Shown in pieces: positions 47,635-57,825 of a stretch of 64,000 bases of DNA (the first letter of the stretch is position 1; each line of letters opens with the position of its first letter). Under the pieces are notes generated by a model. The model was not told where the DNA came from. It did not search any database and saw nothing but the letters and a program-made list of their open reading frames with translations. Source of the stretch: a virus. The translations under genes were made by a program, and so were the position numbers. The DNA is taken from positions 7,487-71,486 of the IMG/VR virus record IMGVR_UViG_3300005841_000035; one strand, written 5' to 3'.

Positions 47635-48009
47635 ATGCCGTTGGACATTCCATTGGTTCCAGTAAACACCGACGTAAAAGTCGCTGCGATGAGTGCGTTG
47701 GTGCAATCCATCGGAGACCTGCAAAAGTTTCAATCGGCCCCGGCTGCGAATGCCGGAGCCGCCAAGACGCAGACGGACGCGGACAAAAAAGAGGACGAGC
47801 TGGCGAAGAAGGCCGCGGCCCGTTCTATTTTGGATGAGAAGCTTCCGGGTCAACCTGACGCCGCGCCCGGTGCCACGCCCCAGGCGACGACCACGCCCAC
47901 GTCGAGCGGAATGTCCGGCTTGCAATTTCAGGAGTCCGGCGGAAGTCCTGGCACGGGCGGAAGCTCGCTAGGGTTTGGTTCTGACATCCCGGTCTTTGGT
48001 CTACAATAA
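47635..48009 (+). CDS. Small internal virion protein candidate
   Basis: Position; low complexity. Confidence 0.5.
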   Translation: MPLDIPLVPVNTDVKVAAMSALVQSIGDLQKFQSAPAANAGAAKTQTDADKKEDELAKKAAARSILDEKLPGQPDAAPGATPQATTTPTSSGMSGLQFQESGGSPGTGGSSLGFGSDIPVFGLQ

Positions 48010-48015
48010 TTTTTT

Positions 48016-49212
48016 ATGCCTACCGAACGTTTCAAGGCGCTCAAAGCAAAATACGAAGCGGAGTTTCGCAAGAAGCCCACGCGCGATGTTTTGAACGAGC
48101 TGGACTCCGAGGACCTGATTCATTATTTGCAGTCGCGGAAAATGCTGCGCGACGAGGCGACCAGCACTGCGCTCGCCCCGCTCATGCACGAGACCGCAGC
48201 CCGCAAGGCGCGCCAGGAGTTGGAGAATGTGAAACAGGGCGGCTCGCCCGAGGCCATCGCCAAGCTGCACGCTGAGACGGCCGGCCACGAGGGCTTCGAG
48301 CTGCCTATGCGCCTGGACGGAACGCTGGATGTCCCGAGCGCGCTCAAGAATATTCAGGCTGCCGTTCAGGAAAAGGAGAAGCGAGACCTGGACCGACAGC
48401 TTTTAGTTGGCGCAACGGAGCAGACGACCACGACGGTGAACCCGCAGGGCCAAAAGACGGTGACTGGTCAGATGGTCACGAAGACCGGGCAACCGGTCAG
48501 CGGGCAACGCACGGTGAGCACCGAGGCTCCCCAAACGGAACCCCTGCGCAAAGAGTATACCGCGCAGCCTCCAGTCCACGAATTCAATAAGGTGCATTCC
48601 GGCTACAACAAGCTTTTGCGCGCGCTCAACACGACGAAGAACTCTTCGCCATTCCGTGACCAAGCCGCGATTTTTTCCTGGATGAAAATTTTGGACCCTG
48701 GCTCCACTGTGCGAGAAGGCGAGTATGCGACCGTCGAGAACGCGCGAAGCGTGCCGGAGAAAATCAAGGGCCTGTATAACAAGGTCCTGTCCGGAACGAT
48801 TTTGACTCCGGAACAACGAACCGAACTGTTGGCCGCGTCGGAAGACGTGGTGGATGGACAGCTCATCAACGTTGCGCCAATCATCAAGCAGTTCACCGCC
48901 CAGGAGAAGACGGGCGGGCATGCCACGGGTTCTGTGGTGCCAGTCGAGCATCAGGAAATGATTCGAGAGTTTGAAGAACGTGAGGCTGCCAGGGCGAAAG
49001 CCCAGCCTCCAGCGGCTGCCGGCGCCGCGCCGTCCGCACCAGCACCGCAAGTCGGTCCTTCAAGTGCGGGCGCGGCGACCGGAGCCGGCGAGAAGCTCGT
49101 GCAGCAGATTCCCACGGTAAACTCGCCCGACGAGGCACCCGAGACCGCGCAGTTCTATTTTTCTCCCGACGGGCGAAAGTTCGTCAACAAGAAATACAAG
49201 CCCGCTCAATAA
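48016..49212 (+). CDS. Internal virion / ejection protein
   Basis: DQAAIFSWMKILDPGSTVREGEY motif; position. Confidence 0.65.
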   Translation: MPTERFKALKAKYEAEFRKKPTRDVLNELDSEDLIHYLQSRKMLRDEATSTALAPLMHETAARKARQELENVKQGGSPEAIAKLHAETAGHEGFELPMRLDGTLDVPSALKNIQAAVQEKEKRDLDRQLLVGATEQTTTTVNPQGQKTVTGQMVTKTGQPVSGQRTVSTEAPQTEPLRKEYTAQPPVHEFNKVHSGYNKLLRALNTTKNSSPFRDQAAIFSWMKILDPGSTVREGEYATVENARSVPEKIKGLYNKVLSGTILTPEQRTELLAASEDVVDGQLINVAPIIKQFTAQEKTGGHATGSVVPVEHQEMIREFEEREAARAKAQPPAAAGAAPSAPAPQVGPSSAGAATGAGEKLVQQIPTVNSPDEAPETAQFYFSPDGRKFVNKKYKPAQ

Positions 49213-49215
49213 TCT

Positions 49216-52200
49216 ATGCCCGTTCTGGAGGATATCGCCAAAGGCGAACAGTTCACGGATATCCCTGTCAACCCCGCGCCGGTGGCGGTTCCAGGTGGGA
49301 CGATGGTTCCGTCTACGGACCCCCGAAAGCTGACCCCGGAAGCGTTGCAGGCCGCGCGCGACGAGATGCGAAAAGCATTTTCTGCGAAGGGAATTCCTGG
49401 CCCGCCGTTGGCGCCCGGTGAAAAGCCGCCGGCTCCGGCGGACCCGTTTGCTGCCGAGCAGCAGGCCGATAAGTTTTCTGGCGAGCAGGAGGTTGCAGAC
49501 CCCTTCAAGGGCCAACGGCAGGCTGACGCGCTCGACGAACGCACGCCGCAGGATTTGGCGCGCGACCCGAATTTTAAGATTCACGATTTCATTCACGCGA
49601 ACAAGGACAACATCTTCAGCGACCCGAAGCGGTATCAGAAGGCGCTGGATACTTATCGCGAGGCACAGGCTGAGGGGGTCACGCTTAAAAAGACCGTGGC
49701 GTCTGTCAAGAAGGACACCTTGCCGCTTCTGAAGGACATCGTTAAGTCGATTCCAAAACGGTTGGAGAACATTAGCGACATCGCGGTGGCCCCTCTGGTG
49801 GACGCTGTCACGGAGAAATTCCGAGGCGAGCGGTTGGACCCTGAGAAGCACGCTCAATGGGAGAACATGACCGAGGATGCCAAGGAAGCGGCAATCGCTG
49901 AAGCAATCGCGGGCACGCAGACCGCCGTTGGGTCGCTCCAGGACATGGTGCGACAAGGGACCCGAAAGCTGGTCGGTCCCGCCTTTGAATTCGGAGGCAA
50001 AAAAGACTGGCGAAAAATTTCTGACGATGAACTCAAGAACGAGCTGTTCAAAGATATCGGCTGGCGCGAAACCGTCGAAGGTCTCGCGACCGGCGAAGGC
50101 GTCAAAGACCTCGTTGACAAAGGTGTCGAACTCAACCCGGAAAACATCAAGCTACTGAGTCTCACGGACCCCATCACGCTCGTCGCCACTGGCGTAGGCT
50201 TGAAGGGCGTGACGCTGGGCGGTCGCGTGATTTTTACCGCGGTCAACGATGCCGGCGCCCAGGCGGCTCTGGGTTACCTCGGCCGCGCGGCTGGACAAGC
50301 TGCGGCCAAGGGCGCGGCGGTCGCTGGACGTGGTGCCGAGGTCGCCGGACAAGTTGCCGGGCGCGCGGTGAGCGTTCCTTACTTGACCGCGGCTGGTCTT
50401 GCTTCCGGAAACTTTTTCAAGGCGCTGGCGGCTGCCGGCGTTGGAAAGGCTGCGGCCAAAGTTATCGAGAAAGGCGGGCAACTCTTGCGTGAGGTGGGTG
50501 AAGCCGGTATGGCTGGTGGACAGTCCGAAGGAAAGCAGTTGCTGCTCGGTCTGGAAAACACGACTGGCGCGAAAGTTCTTAATGCGGCCAAGACCGTCGG
50601 AAGCGTTGTTAAACCGCCCGTGGTAGGCGCACTTGAAGGTGCAGCGGCGACCGCTCCACTTGCCTTCGCCACCGATGAACCGCAAGGTGGCATCCTTGGT
50701 GTCGGCGCAGTGGGCGGCGCCGTTCATGGAACCGTGCGCGGGGTAAAAGGCGCGGTGGCCGAGGCCGGCGCCAAGCGGTATTTTGACCCTGGCCAAATTA
50801 CCTGGGAGAAAACCGAGTCCCCCGGTTACGACAACTTTTCGTCGATGAACGCGGTCCACGAGCAGGCATCCGCCAACGCTCCGGAAAACGCGCGTAACAT
50901 GGTGAACAGTTTGAGGGAAACGCTGCGGCCGTTCGGTCGCAAGCTTTTCTTGGTGGACGACGCCGCGTATCAAAAGGCCATCGAGAACGACACGGTGCGC
51001 GCGAATGGCGGTCAGCCGCTGACGCCTGAGCAGGCGGCTGCGGTAGCCGAGGAAGCCAAGACTCGCGGCATCTCGAAAATTTACATGGCCGATGACGCCG
51101 GCGGCGGTGAGATGGTCACGCTGGTTAAAGCAGCCGAAGACGCGCCGCATGAGGTCTCCCATGTTTTGGAGTCCGTCATGGCGCCCGACGCGCGAAAATC
51201 TTTGCACGACGCAGTGCGCGAGGCTTACTCTGGCGACGAGCTGCAACAGCTCAAGGAACACTACGAGTCCCAGCTCAACCGGAAGATGACGCCGGACGAA
51301 GTCGAAAGCGAATTCATCGCGGACAACTGGGCGAACCTTTTGTATAACACCTCGCTCGAGTCGTTGGGGCTTCCTGCCCCGCGCCGAGGGTTCAAGCAGG
51401 TGTTACTCGATGCGTCTCTGGCCTTGGGCAACGCGCTGGGCGTTGACATGACCGCCGGGCGTAAAACTCCTGGCCTGGACATCAAGCCCTCCTACTCTCT
51501 GCGCAAGCGGCTCGTCGAGGCATCCGGGGATATTTTAAGTGAGCGGGAAAATCTCGCTGCGCAGCAGGCCACCGCTCCCGAGGTGAAGCCGGCGGTCCCG
51601 GAAGCCAAGGCTGAGGGTCCCGTCGAGGTGAAGCCCGCCGAGCCGCCGTCGGAGACCAAGGTGCAGGTTCCCGTCGAATCGGCACAACCAGAATTTAATT
51701 TCGAACCGCCGGCCACACCTGAAGCGGCCCCGGCTGCGCCCCCTCCCGCGCCGGCACCCGTGGAAGGTCAGCCGGCGGTTCGTTCAGATAAGTCGGCCAA
51801 GCGCGCTGAGGTGACCAACACCGGCGTGGCGATGAAGTGGGCCGAGGACAAAGGTAATCGTGCCGTGGTGGACACGGTCAACCAAGCGATGGACGAAAAG
51901 GTCGGCCTGCGTGTCGAACACTCTGGCGCACCTACCGAGACTTTTAAACCGACGGAGCCTGAGCGCGAAGCTGAAATTGAAGCTGGCCGAGGGCTGCCGC
52001 CGGAAATGCGCGAGCAACACTCGAAAGAGATGCGTCCAACGCGTTGGGAGACGATGAAGTCCGGCGAGCCTCAGCTCATCGCGCGCAGCACCGACAAAGT
52101 TTTGGCCAACGTGGACCGCGCCGTGCAGTGGGCGAAAAAAGCCGGCGAGGAAGTTCCCTGGGAGACCGATGCCTCTGGGGCACTGACCCAGGCGGGCGCA

Positions 52201-55200
52201 GACCAGCTTTTGGCGGACCTTAACACCTATTGGGATAACCAGGACCGCGGCTTCCGTGGCGGCGGCGAGAAGCTCGTGCGGCCTGCCGAAGAACTGGGAG
52301 CGTCGATTCCAGCCGAGCAGGGCGAAGGCGTTTCGCTGGGCACTGCAAAAGAGCAGTGGCTCAATCTTCTCCAAGGCAAGGAGACCGGGCCACCGGTCAC
52401 CGCGCGCGCTGGAAAGGGTCTGCCGGCCAACATCAAGGCGCAGGAGATTCGCGCGGCCCAGGGGCTGGAAAGCGAACGCATCGCCGGCGGCGTGAACATT
52501 CCCGTTTACCCGGAGAAGGTCACCAAGGGCCGCGGCGCTGTCGAGGTCAAGGAAACCAATCCTCTGCGTAATCGATTACGCGCTGCCGGCATGCCGGTGG
52601 GAGACCTGCACACTGTTGTCGAGCGGCTCAACGCCACTGACTTGATTGGCGCCGAACGCCGGCCTGAACTCACGGGCCGCGGTGGCTCGACCGACATCAC
52701 CCGCGCCGGGTTCCTCACGGAGAAGCCCGTGAACGAAACCATCAGCGACGTGGTCAAAGCGTCCCCCGAAGAATGGCAACAATTTTTCGGCCCCAAGGGA
52801 ACGCTTACCGGAACGGCTTTTGAGCTGGGTCTCGGGTTGAAAAATCCTGCGGACCTTCGCGCGCTCATGGATGCCCAGGAGGCCGCGGCCAAGACCGCCC
52901 AGGCGTCGATGGCCGAAGTGCGTGCTGGAAACTTCGACGCTCTGGACCGTGCGTCCGCCGACGCCACCAAGGCACAATTTTTCCGCGAAGCGGTCGAGGC
53001 CGCTACGGATACGGGCTCCGCTGCCGGCCCCGCCGGTTGGCGCCGCATGCGTCCGGAAAGCAAACCGCCCTTTGCCACGCCTGAGTCTCGCAAGGGATTC
53101 CTGACGGAAGAAAAACCGAGCGAAGGACCGGACCCAATCGTTACGGCGTCCATCCGCACGAAGGGCGGGCAGGTGTTCACCGGCTCGTGGCACGGGGACG
53201 CGCTCGACCACTTTTACGAAGCGGCGCGCAAGGGCGAGGTCAAAGACTTGCCCGAAGGCGTGAACCTGACGGACCCAGACCCCTCAGGTTTGTATTCGTC
53301 CGGGTATCTGACCGACGGATTCAATACAAAATCCAAGAAGTTTTTAGACCGCGCCCAGGCGCTGGAGCACTCCGTCAAAATCGGCCAGTTTGAACCTGCG
53401 GAGCGCGGCAACGTCGCGCGCACGGGTGAACTCGAGGCGAATGAGTTTGAAGGACGCCGGGGATTCCTGTCCCAGGAGAAAATGAAGGACGCTCTCGAAG
53501 CCGTCAAGAGCGGCGAGAAGTTTGGCGAGACTTTTGAGCCAGACGGGTCGGTCGCGGACATTGCCGGCAAGCCGCTGCACATCGTCACGCTCGCCAGCAA
53601 GAACATTCCGCGTGACCAACTGTCCGCGGAGCGGGTCGCTGCGGTGGTGAAATACTATCAGGGCGTTTTGGAAGGCGTGCCGGAAGCCAAAATCGGCGTG
53701 TTCAATCTGGAGACCAAAGGTCCGAATGGCGAGCCGATGACCTCGATTGACCTGAACGTGGCCGTGGACAAAAAGCACAGCAAGAACACGCTCGCGTTCG
53801 CCGAAAAAAATAACCAGGAAGCCGTTTGGGATGCCGAGGCCGGCGAAGTTGTGGACACGGGTGGCTCCGGACACACGCCCTTGCGAAGCCCTCAGGACAC
53901 CCTGAAGGCCGCACGCAAACTTGTCGAAGGAAAGATGCCGGACTTCGTCAAGGAGAAGGGTCCGAGTCTTTTGCAGCGGGTGATGCAGCGCGAGCCAGAA
54001 CGAATGGAAGTGCGCGAGGCCGCGCGTGAAGAGGTCCGGCGCAATGAGCAAGAGCGCGAGGATTGGAACCGCAGCGAACAGCAGTCCTTGTCTGAGCAAC
54101 GCGGCGGTTACCTGACCAAGGAAGAAGCCAAGGTCGCTAACGTCACGCAGAAAAAGAAACCCGGCACTCCGGAATACAACGACTACGTCACGAACAAAAT
54201 CGAGAAGTCCAAAGCTTTTCCTGAGGCACACCAGTTGGAATTCCAGAAGGACGAGAAGGGGAACTACATGGCCCAGTGGGACGGTGAGCCCCTTCCTGTC
54301 AATCGGCCCTACGACCTGTTCAACTCGGACCTCGCAAAGAGAGCCGGCTCGAAAGAGGCGTATCGCAAGGCGCTGGCCGACAAAATCGACGCCGCGTATG
54401 AAGAGGCGAAGAAGAACCCCGACGTGCATGCTGGGGAGACTTGGTATTCTGAGTATCGCCAGAAGGCCCAGAAACTTTTGGGCGATGACATGCAGCTTTT
54501 TGCTGAGTTATTGGGCGCCACCTCACCGCAACAGTTGGTCGGTCCGAACTTCAAGGACGCGCTCGCCGCCTACAACGAATTCAAGAAGGGTTCTTATGAC
54601 GCGATGCTGCGGAAATATCAGGAAGGCAAGCAGAAGTTTGCCGCCGGCGACATTTCCGATTACATGGAGACCAAGCTGCGCGAGAAACAAGAACGCCTAG
54701 TCGCGAAGCGGGACGCGGGCAAGCTCACCGAGGCCGAATTCGCTGCGCAAGAGGCCAAGAACAAAAAGAAGGGCATCGCCGAGCCCAGCCTCCGGGAATA
54801 TTTGGGTTGGTGGCAGGAGTCCAACAACCTTATCCCGACGAAGTCCACCGGGAAAAAGTTCGGCATGAACTCGCGCGCAGTTTTGCGCGTGCTGGACCGC
54901 TCGTGGTTGCAAAGCGTCGAGGGACCCAAGACGCCGAACTTCACCGGCAACCTTTCGGGTGCGTCTTTTAAGGCGACCATCGACGTGTGGGCGATGCGGT
55001 TGCTGCATCGCCTGTCCAACGAACAATCCGGCAAGCCGTGGCGCATTCAGTCCGCCAACGAGACCGGTATCGCGGACCCGGAGTTTTTCTTTGGCCAGGA
55101 CGCCATGCAGGACGTCGCCGACAAGCACGGCATCCAGGCGGACGCGTTGCAGGCCATCCTGTGGTTCGCTGAAAAAGACCATTACGAGAAGCAGGGCTGG

Positions 55201-55350
55201 ATTAAGTCCGCCGGCAAGGAGAAGTCCGACTACAATTCGCTCATCGCGAAAACGACCAAGACCCCCGAGGGCCACCTCTCGCTCAAAGAGGTTGAAAAAA
55301 AGCCAAAGGGTGGTAGAGTCAAGCAATTAGTATTACCAGAAATGCCATGA
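49216..55350 (+). CDS. Large multi-domain (polyvalent-type) ejection protein
   Basis: 2044 aa; Gly/Ala membrane-like region, HEVSH metallopeptidase motif, several C-terminal modules. Confidence 0.8.
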   Translation: MPVLEDIAKGEQFTDIPVNPAPVAVPGGTMVPSTDPRKLTPEALQAARDEMRKAFSAKGIPGPPLAPGEKPPAPADPFAAEQQADKFSGEQEVADPFKGQRQADALDERTPQDLARDPNFKIHDFIHANKDNIFSDPKRYQKALDTYREAQAEGVTLKKTVASVKKDTLPLLKDIVKSIPKRLENISDIAVAPLVDAVTEKFRGERLDPEKHAQWENMTEDAKEAAIAEAIAGTQTAVGSLQDMVRQGTRKLVGPAFEFGGKKDWRKISDDELKNELFKDIGWRETVEGLATGEGVKDLVDKGVELNPENIKLLSLTDPITLVATGVGLKGVTLGGRVIFTAVNDAGAQAALGYLGRAAGQAAAKGAAVAGRGAEVAGQVAGRAVSVPYLTAAGLASGNFFKALAAAGVGKAAAKVIEKGGQLLREVGEAGMAGGQSEGKQLLLGLENTTGAKVLNAAKTVGSVVKPPVVGALEGAAATAPLAFATDEPQGGILGVGAVGGAVHGTVRGVKGAVAEAGAKRYFDPGQITWEKTESPGYDNFSSMNAVHEQASANAPENARNMVNSLRETLRPFGRKLFLVDDAAYQKAIENDTVRANGGQPLTPEQAAAVAEEAKTRGISKIYMADDAGGGEMVTLVKAAEDAPHEVSHVLESVMAPDARKSLHDAVREAYSGDELQQLKEHYESQLNRKMTPDEVESEFIADNWANLLYNTSLESLGLPAPRRGFKQVLLDASLALGNALGVDMTAGRKTPGLDIKPSYSLRKRLVEASGDILSERENLAAQQATAPEVKPAVPEAKAEGPVEVKPAEPPSETKVQVPVESAQPEFNFEPPATPEAAPAAPPPAPAPVEGQPAVRSDKSAKRAEVTNTGVAMKWAEDKGNRAVVDTVNQAMDEKVGLRVEHSGAPTETFKPTEPEREAEIEAGRGLPPEMREQHSKEMRPTRWETMKSGEPQLIARSTDKVLANVDRAVQWAKKAGEEVPWETDASGALTQAGADQLLADLNTYWDNQDRGFRGGGEKLVRPAEELGASIPAEQGEGVSLGTAKEQWLNLLQGKETGPPVTARAGKGLPANIKAQEIRAAQGLESERIAGGVNIPVYPEKVTKGRGAVEVKETNPLRNRLRAAGMPVGDLHTVVERLNATDLIGAERRPELTGRGGSTDITRAGFLTEKPVNETISDVVKASPEEWQQFFGPKGTLTGTAFELGLGLKNPADLRALMDAQEAAAKTAQASMAEVRAGNFDALDRASADATKAQFFREAVEAATDTGSAAGPAGWRRMRPESKPPFATPESRKGFLTEEKPSEGPDPIVTASIRTKGGQVFTGSWHGDALDHFYEAARKGEVKDLPEGVNLTDPDPSGLYSSGYLTDGFNTKSKKFLDRAQALEHSVKIGQFEPAERGNVARTGELEANEFEGRRGFLSQEKMKDALEAVKSGEKFGETFEPDGSVADIAGKPLHIVTLASKNIPRDQLSAERVAAVVKYYQGVLEGVPEAKIGVFNLETKGPNGEPMTSIDLNVAVDKKHSKNTLAFAEKNNQEAVWDAEAGEVVDTGGSGHTPLRSPQDTLKAARKLVEGKMPDFVKEKGPSLLQRVMQREPERMEVREAAREEVRRNEQEREDWNRSEQQSLSEQRGGYLTKEEAKVANVTQKKKPGTPEYNDYVTNKIEKSKAFPEAHQLEFQKDEKGNYMAQWDGEPLPVNRPYDLFNSDLAKRAGSKEAYRKALADKIDAAYEEAKKNPDVHAGETWYSEYRQKAQKLLGDDMQLFAELLGATSPQQLVGPNFKDALAAYNEFKKGSYDAMLRKYQEGKQKFAAGDISDYMETKLREKQERLVAKRDAGKLTEAEFAAQEAKNKKKGIAEPSLREYLGWWQESNNLIPTKSTGKKFGMNSRAVLRVLDRSWLQSVEGPKTPNFTGNLSGASFKATIDVWAMRLLHRLSNEQSGKPWRIQSANETGIADPEFFFGQDAMQDVADKHGIQADALQAILWFAEKDHYEKQGWIKSAGKEKSDYNSLIAKTTKTPEGHLSLKEVEKKPKGGRVKQLVLPEMP

Positions 55351-55511
55351 AAGAATTGACCTTGGAAGACTTCAACCTCACCCCCGAGGAACTCTCCCGC
55401 CTTGTGGCGGGGGCGCAGCGCCACTTCCCCGTCCTTGACGAAGACAACGCCGAGCCGGAACCCGACGACGAAAACACCGTTAACAATTCCGATATTCGGC
55501 CCACCTCTTGA
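55347..55511 (+). CDS. Small acidic protein (54 aa)
   Basis: Manual translation MKELTLEDFNLTPEELSRLVAGAQRHFPVLDEDNAEPEPDDE; ATGA coupling. Confidence 0.5.
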   Translation: MKELTLEDFNLTPEELSRLVAGAQRHFPVLDEDNAEPEPDDENTVNNSDIRPTS

Positions 55512-55515
55512 ATAT

Positions 55516-56148
55516 ATGCCCGTGATGCCCAGTGACGTTCAACCGGTGGCCGATGCCGCCCCGGTTGCCCCGATTGACCCCCAGGCCGCGCCCGAGCCCG
55601 AAGAACTGCCAGCCGAGGCCGCGCTGCCCGAGGAAGTGCTCAAAATCCCCGCGATGGGCGCCCTTTTGCAGGGTTCCCCGCCGGCCACCTACGGGCCGCT
55701 CAAGTCGAAGATGCCTGAGATTCAGACGCTTTCCAAACACGCCCAGGACCTGAAGAACGCGGGCTTCGCGGCCTTCGAATCGGAGTCCATGCCGGGCAAC
55801 TTTGTGCTTTTTAACGGGTTAATCGTTAAGCCGGATGAGGTTATGCAAGCCGATAAGGCCGGCCAGCTCGATTCTGTGGCCGTTCCTTTTGAAAGTTTGG
55901 TCAAGTCGTTCGACGGGGCCAAAAAGGGCGCCGAGGAAACCCCCGCGGAAGGGGCGCCGCCTTCTGAGGTTGCCCCAGGCGGGGCGATTGCACCTTCGGC
56001 GGCGTCTTCAGTGCCGGCGCTCCCTGCGAGCGCCCAGCGTCGAACCATGAGCGCGCGGGTTGCCAATTTGGTGCCGGGGAGTCCTACCAGCGGGCCAGCC
56101 CCAGGACGGGGCCGGGTTCTCAACGCTATTTCGAAGCCGGTGGTCTGA
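55516..56148 (+). CDS. Pro/Ala-rich hypothetical protein
   Basis: Start after TTAACA-N16-CACCTCT (55480-55508). Confidence 0.65.
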   Translation: MPVMPSDVQPVADAAPVAPIDPQAAPEPEELPAEAALPEEVLKIPAMGALLQGSPPATYGPLKSKMPEIQTLSKHAQDLKNAGFAAFESESMPGNFVLFNGLIVKPDEVMQADKAGQLDSVAVPFESLVKSFDGAKKGAEETPAEGAPPSEVAPGGAIAPSAASSVPALPASAQRRTMSARVANLVPGSPTSGPAPGRGRVLNAISKPVV

Positions 56149-57229
56149 GGGTTTCCCAACCCTTAGCCCACAGGGTGTCCAGCCGCCTCAGGTAGGTCTC
56201 GTAGCGGGGCCGGATGGCGTCCATCGAATACTTCTCGATTGCCCGGCAGCGGATGTTCCACCGGTCCAGGTTCTCCACCGCTTTGATGCCGTCCACGAAG
56301 TCCTGCAACATCCGGCACCGGTAACCCGTCACCCCGTGCTGGACCGTCTCCGTAAAGCCGCCCCAGTCGGTTGAGATGACCGGCGTCCCGCAAAGCTGAG
56401 CCTCGACCGCGACGCAATTAAACGGCTCGAGGTAGAGCGTCGGACAGAGCACAGCCTTGGCCTTGGACATGACCTCGTTCCGGGTTCTCCAGTCCACCGC
56501 TCCGAGGAACTCGTGACCCCCGGTGATGTTGCCCTTGGTGGTGGCGTCGTGGCCGATGATTTTCAGCTTCACCCCCGCCGCGGTCGCAGCTTGGCAGGCA
56601 ACCCCCACGCCCTTTTCATGGATGAGGCGCCCGACGAAAAGGTAGTAGTCTTCGGGCGCATTGAATTCGAAGCGAGTCGGGTCAAAAAACACCGGGATGA
56701 CGTCGTCAAAAAATCGTCCGTTAGCGATGCGTTGCTCGCCGTAACAGTTGTGCATCCAGGCGTAAGACTCGAACACGCGGCAGTTGGCGAAGTTGCCGAC
56801 GTAGCCGATGGAGTATTCCACGCCGAGCATGTTTCGGCCCTTCACGTTTTGGCACGCCTCGAAGATGGGCATCTGAGCGCGACCGCCGATGGTCATCAGG
56901 AAGTCCTGGTGCCGCTGGCGCGCGTTAATTTCGCGGATGGCGTTCGCATTGGAGACCTGGAACAGCGGCGTCTTGTAATCGATGCGGGCGTGCTGGTAGG
57001 AAGAGGGGCCGAGAAGCTTTTTCCGCACGTCATCGGTAATGATGGGCACGAATTCGTCGCACGGAATGTTTGAGCCCTCGGCCCCGTAAAAAGTGACGTG
57101 GTGCCCGAGGTCCTTCATCATGCGGACGAAGCGACCGCCAGCAGCGGAGAAGCCGCAGAGAGAAAACGCGTCGTCGGTGGTGACGGGTGCGTTAGGCAGG
57201 CCCAGAATATGGAGTCGAAGCGAGCGCAT
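56126..57229 (-). CDS. GT-B (GT4-like) glycosyltransferase
   Basis: LFVGRLIHEKG, EPFNCVAVEAQLCGTPVISTDWGGFTETV..GVTG. Confidence 0.9.
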   Translation of the reverse strand: MRSLRLHILGLPNAPVTTDDAFSLCGFSAAGGRFVRMMKDLGHHVTFYGAEGSNIPCDEFVPIITDDVRKKLLGPSSYQHARIDYKTPLFQVSNANAIREINARQRHQDFLMTIGGRAQMPIFEACQNVKGRNMLGVEYSIGYVGNFANCRVFESYAWMHNCYGEQRIANGRFFDDVIPVFFDPTRFEFNAPEDYYLFVGRLIHEKGVGVACQAATAAGVKLKIIGHDATTKGNITGGHEFLGAVDWRTRNEVMSKAKAVLCPTLYLEPFNCVAVEAQLCGTPVISTDWGGFTETVQHGVTGYRCRMLQDFVDGIKAVENLDRWNIRCRAIEKYSMDAIRPRYETYLRRLDTLWAKGWETLRPPASK

Positions 57230-57409
57230 CGAGCGGAGAGGGTTCCTCGAGCCGAAATTCGCAATGGCAGGGAAGCAGAATTCCGCCCGCCCCCGGCGCG
57301 CAGTGTGGCACCGGGCTCTCGCCCTCGCGATACAGCCAATGGGTCGCCCAGCGGTTGTGGCTCTTGCACCAAAACTTGTAACGGGAGGTGTTCCTCGCGT
57401 AGACGGGCT

Positions 57410-57616
57410 TCATACGACGGTGTCCTGGATGAGGGTGTCCGGGTCGAGCCCCAGCTCCCGACAGATGGCGCAGGCCGATGTGCTGCCGACACCGCAGAGG
57501 TCAACCACGGCGACCCAGACCGGGGCAGTTTTCGCCACGCTCGACCCGTGCTTTCGCAACAGTCGAATGCCGGCGCGGACCATCAGGTCCCGAGGAACTT
57601 CGTCGAGGCGTTTCAT
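57410..57616 (-). CDS. Hypothetical protein
   Basis: WVAVVDLCGVGSTSACAICRELGLDPD. Confidence 0.6.
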   Translation of the reverse strand: MKRLDEVPRDLMVRAGIRLLRKHGSSVAKTAPVWVAVVDLCGVGSTSACAICRELGLDPDTLIQDTVV

Positions 57617-57825
57617 GTGGTCAACTCAGCAGAAAAGTCCGCGTAGCTGCCGCCGTCCTCGGCGTGCTGGAAATACCGGTATCCGCTCGATACCTGCCCG
57701 GCCTCTTCCCAGCCATAGCGGCCCTGGTCGAAGCGGGCCACGACCATCGGGATGTCCCCGTGCCGCTTGCGGATTTCTTCCAGCTCAGCTATCACTTCGC
57801 TTATTTTCAAACTTGCCTCCTTCAA
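57613..57825 (-). CDS. Small protein, paralog 3 of tandem trio
   Basis: KISEVIAELEEIRKRHGDIPMVV. Confidence 0.6.
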   Translation of the reverse strand: MKEASLKISEVIAELEEIRKRHGDIPMVVARFDQGRYGWEEAGQVSSGYRYFQHAEDGGSYADFSAELTT

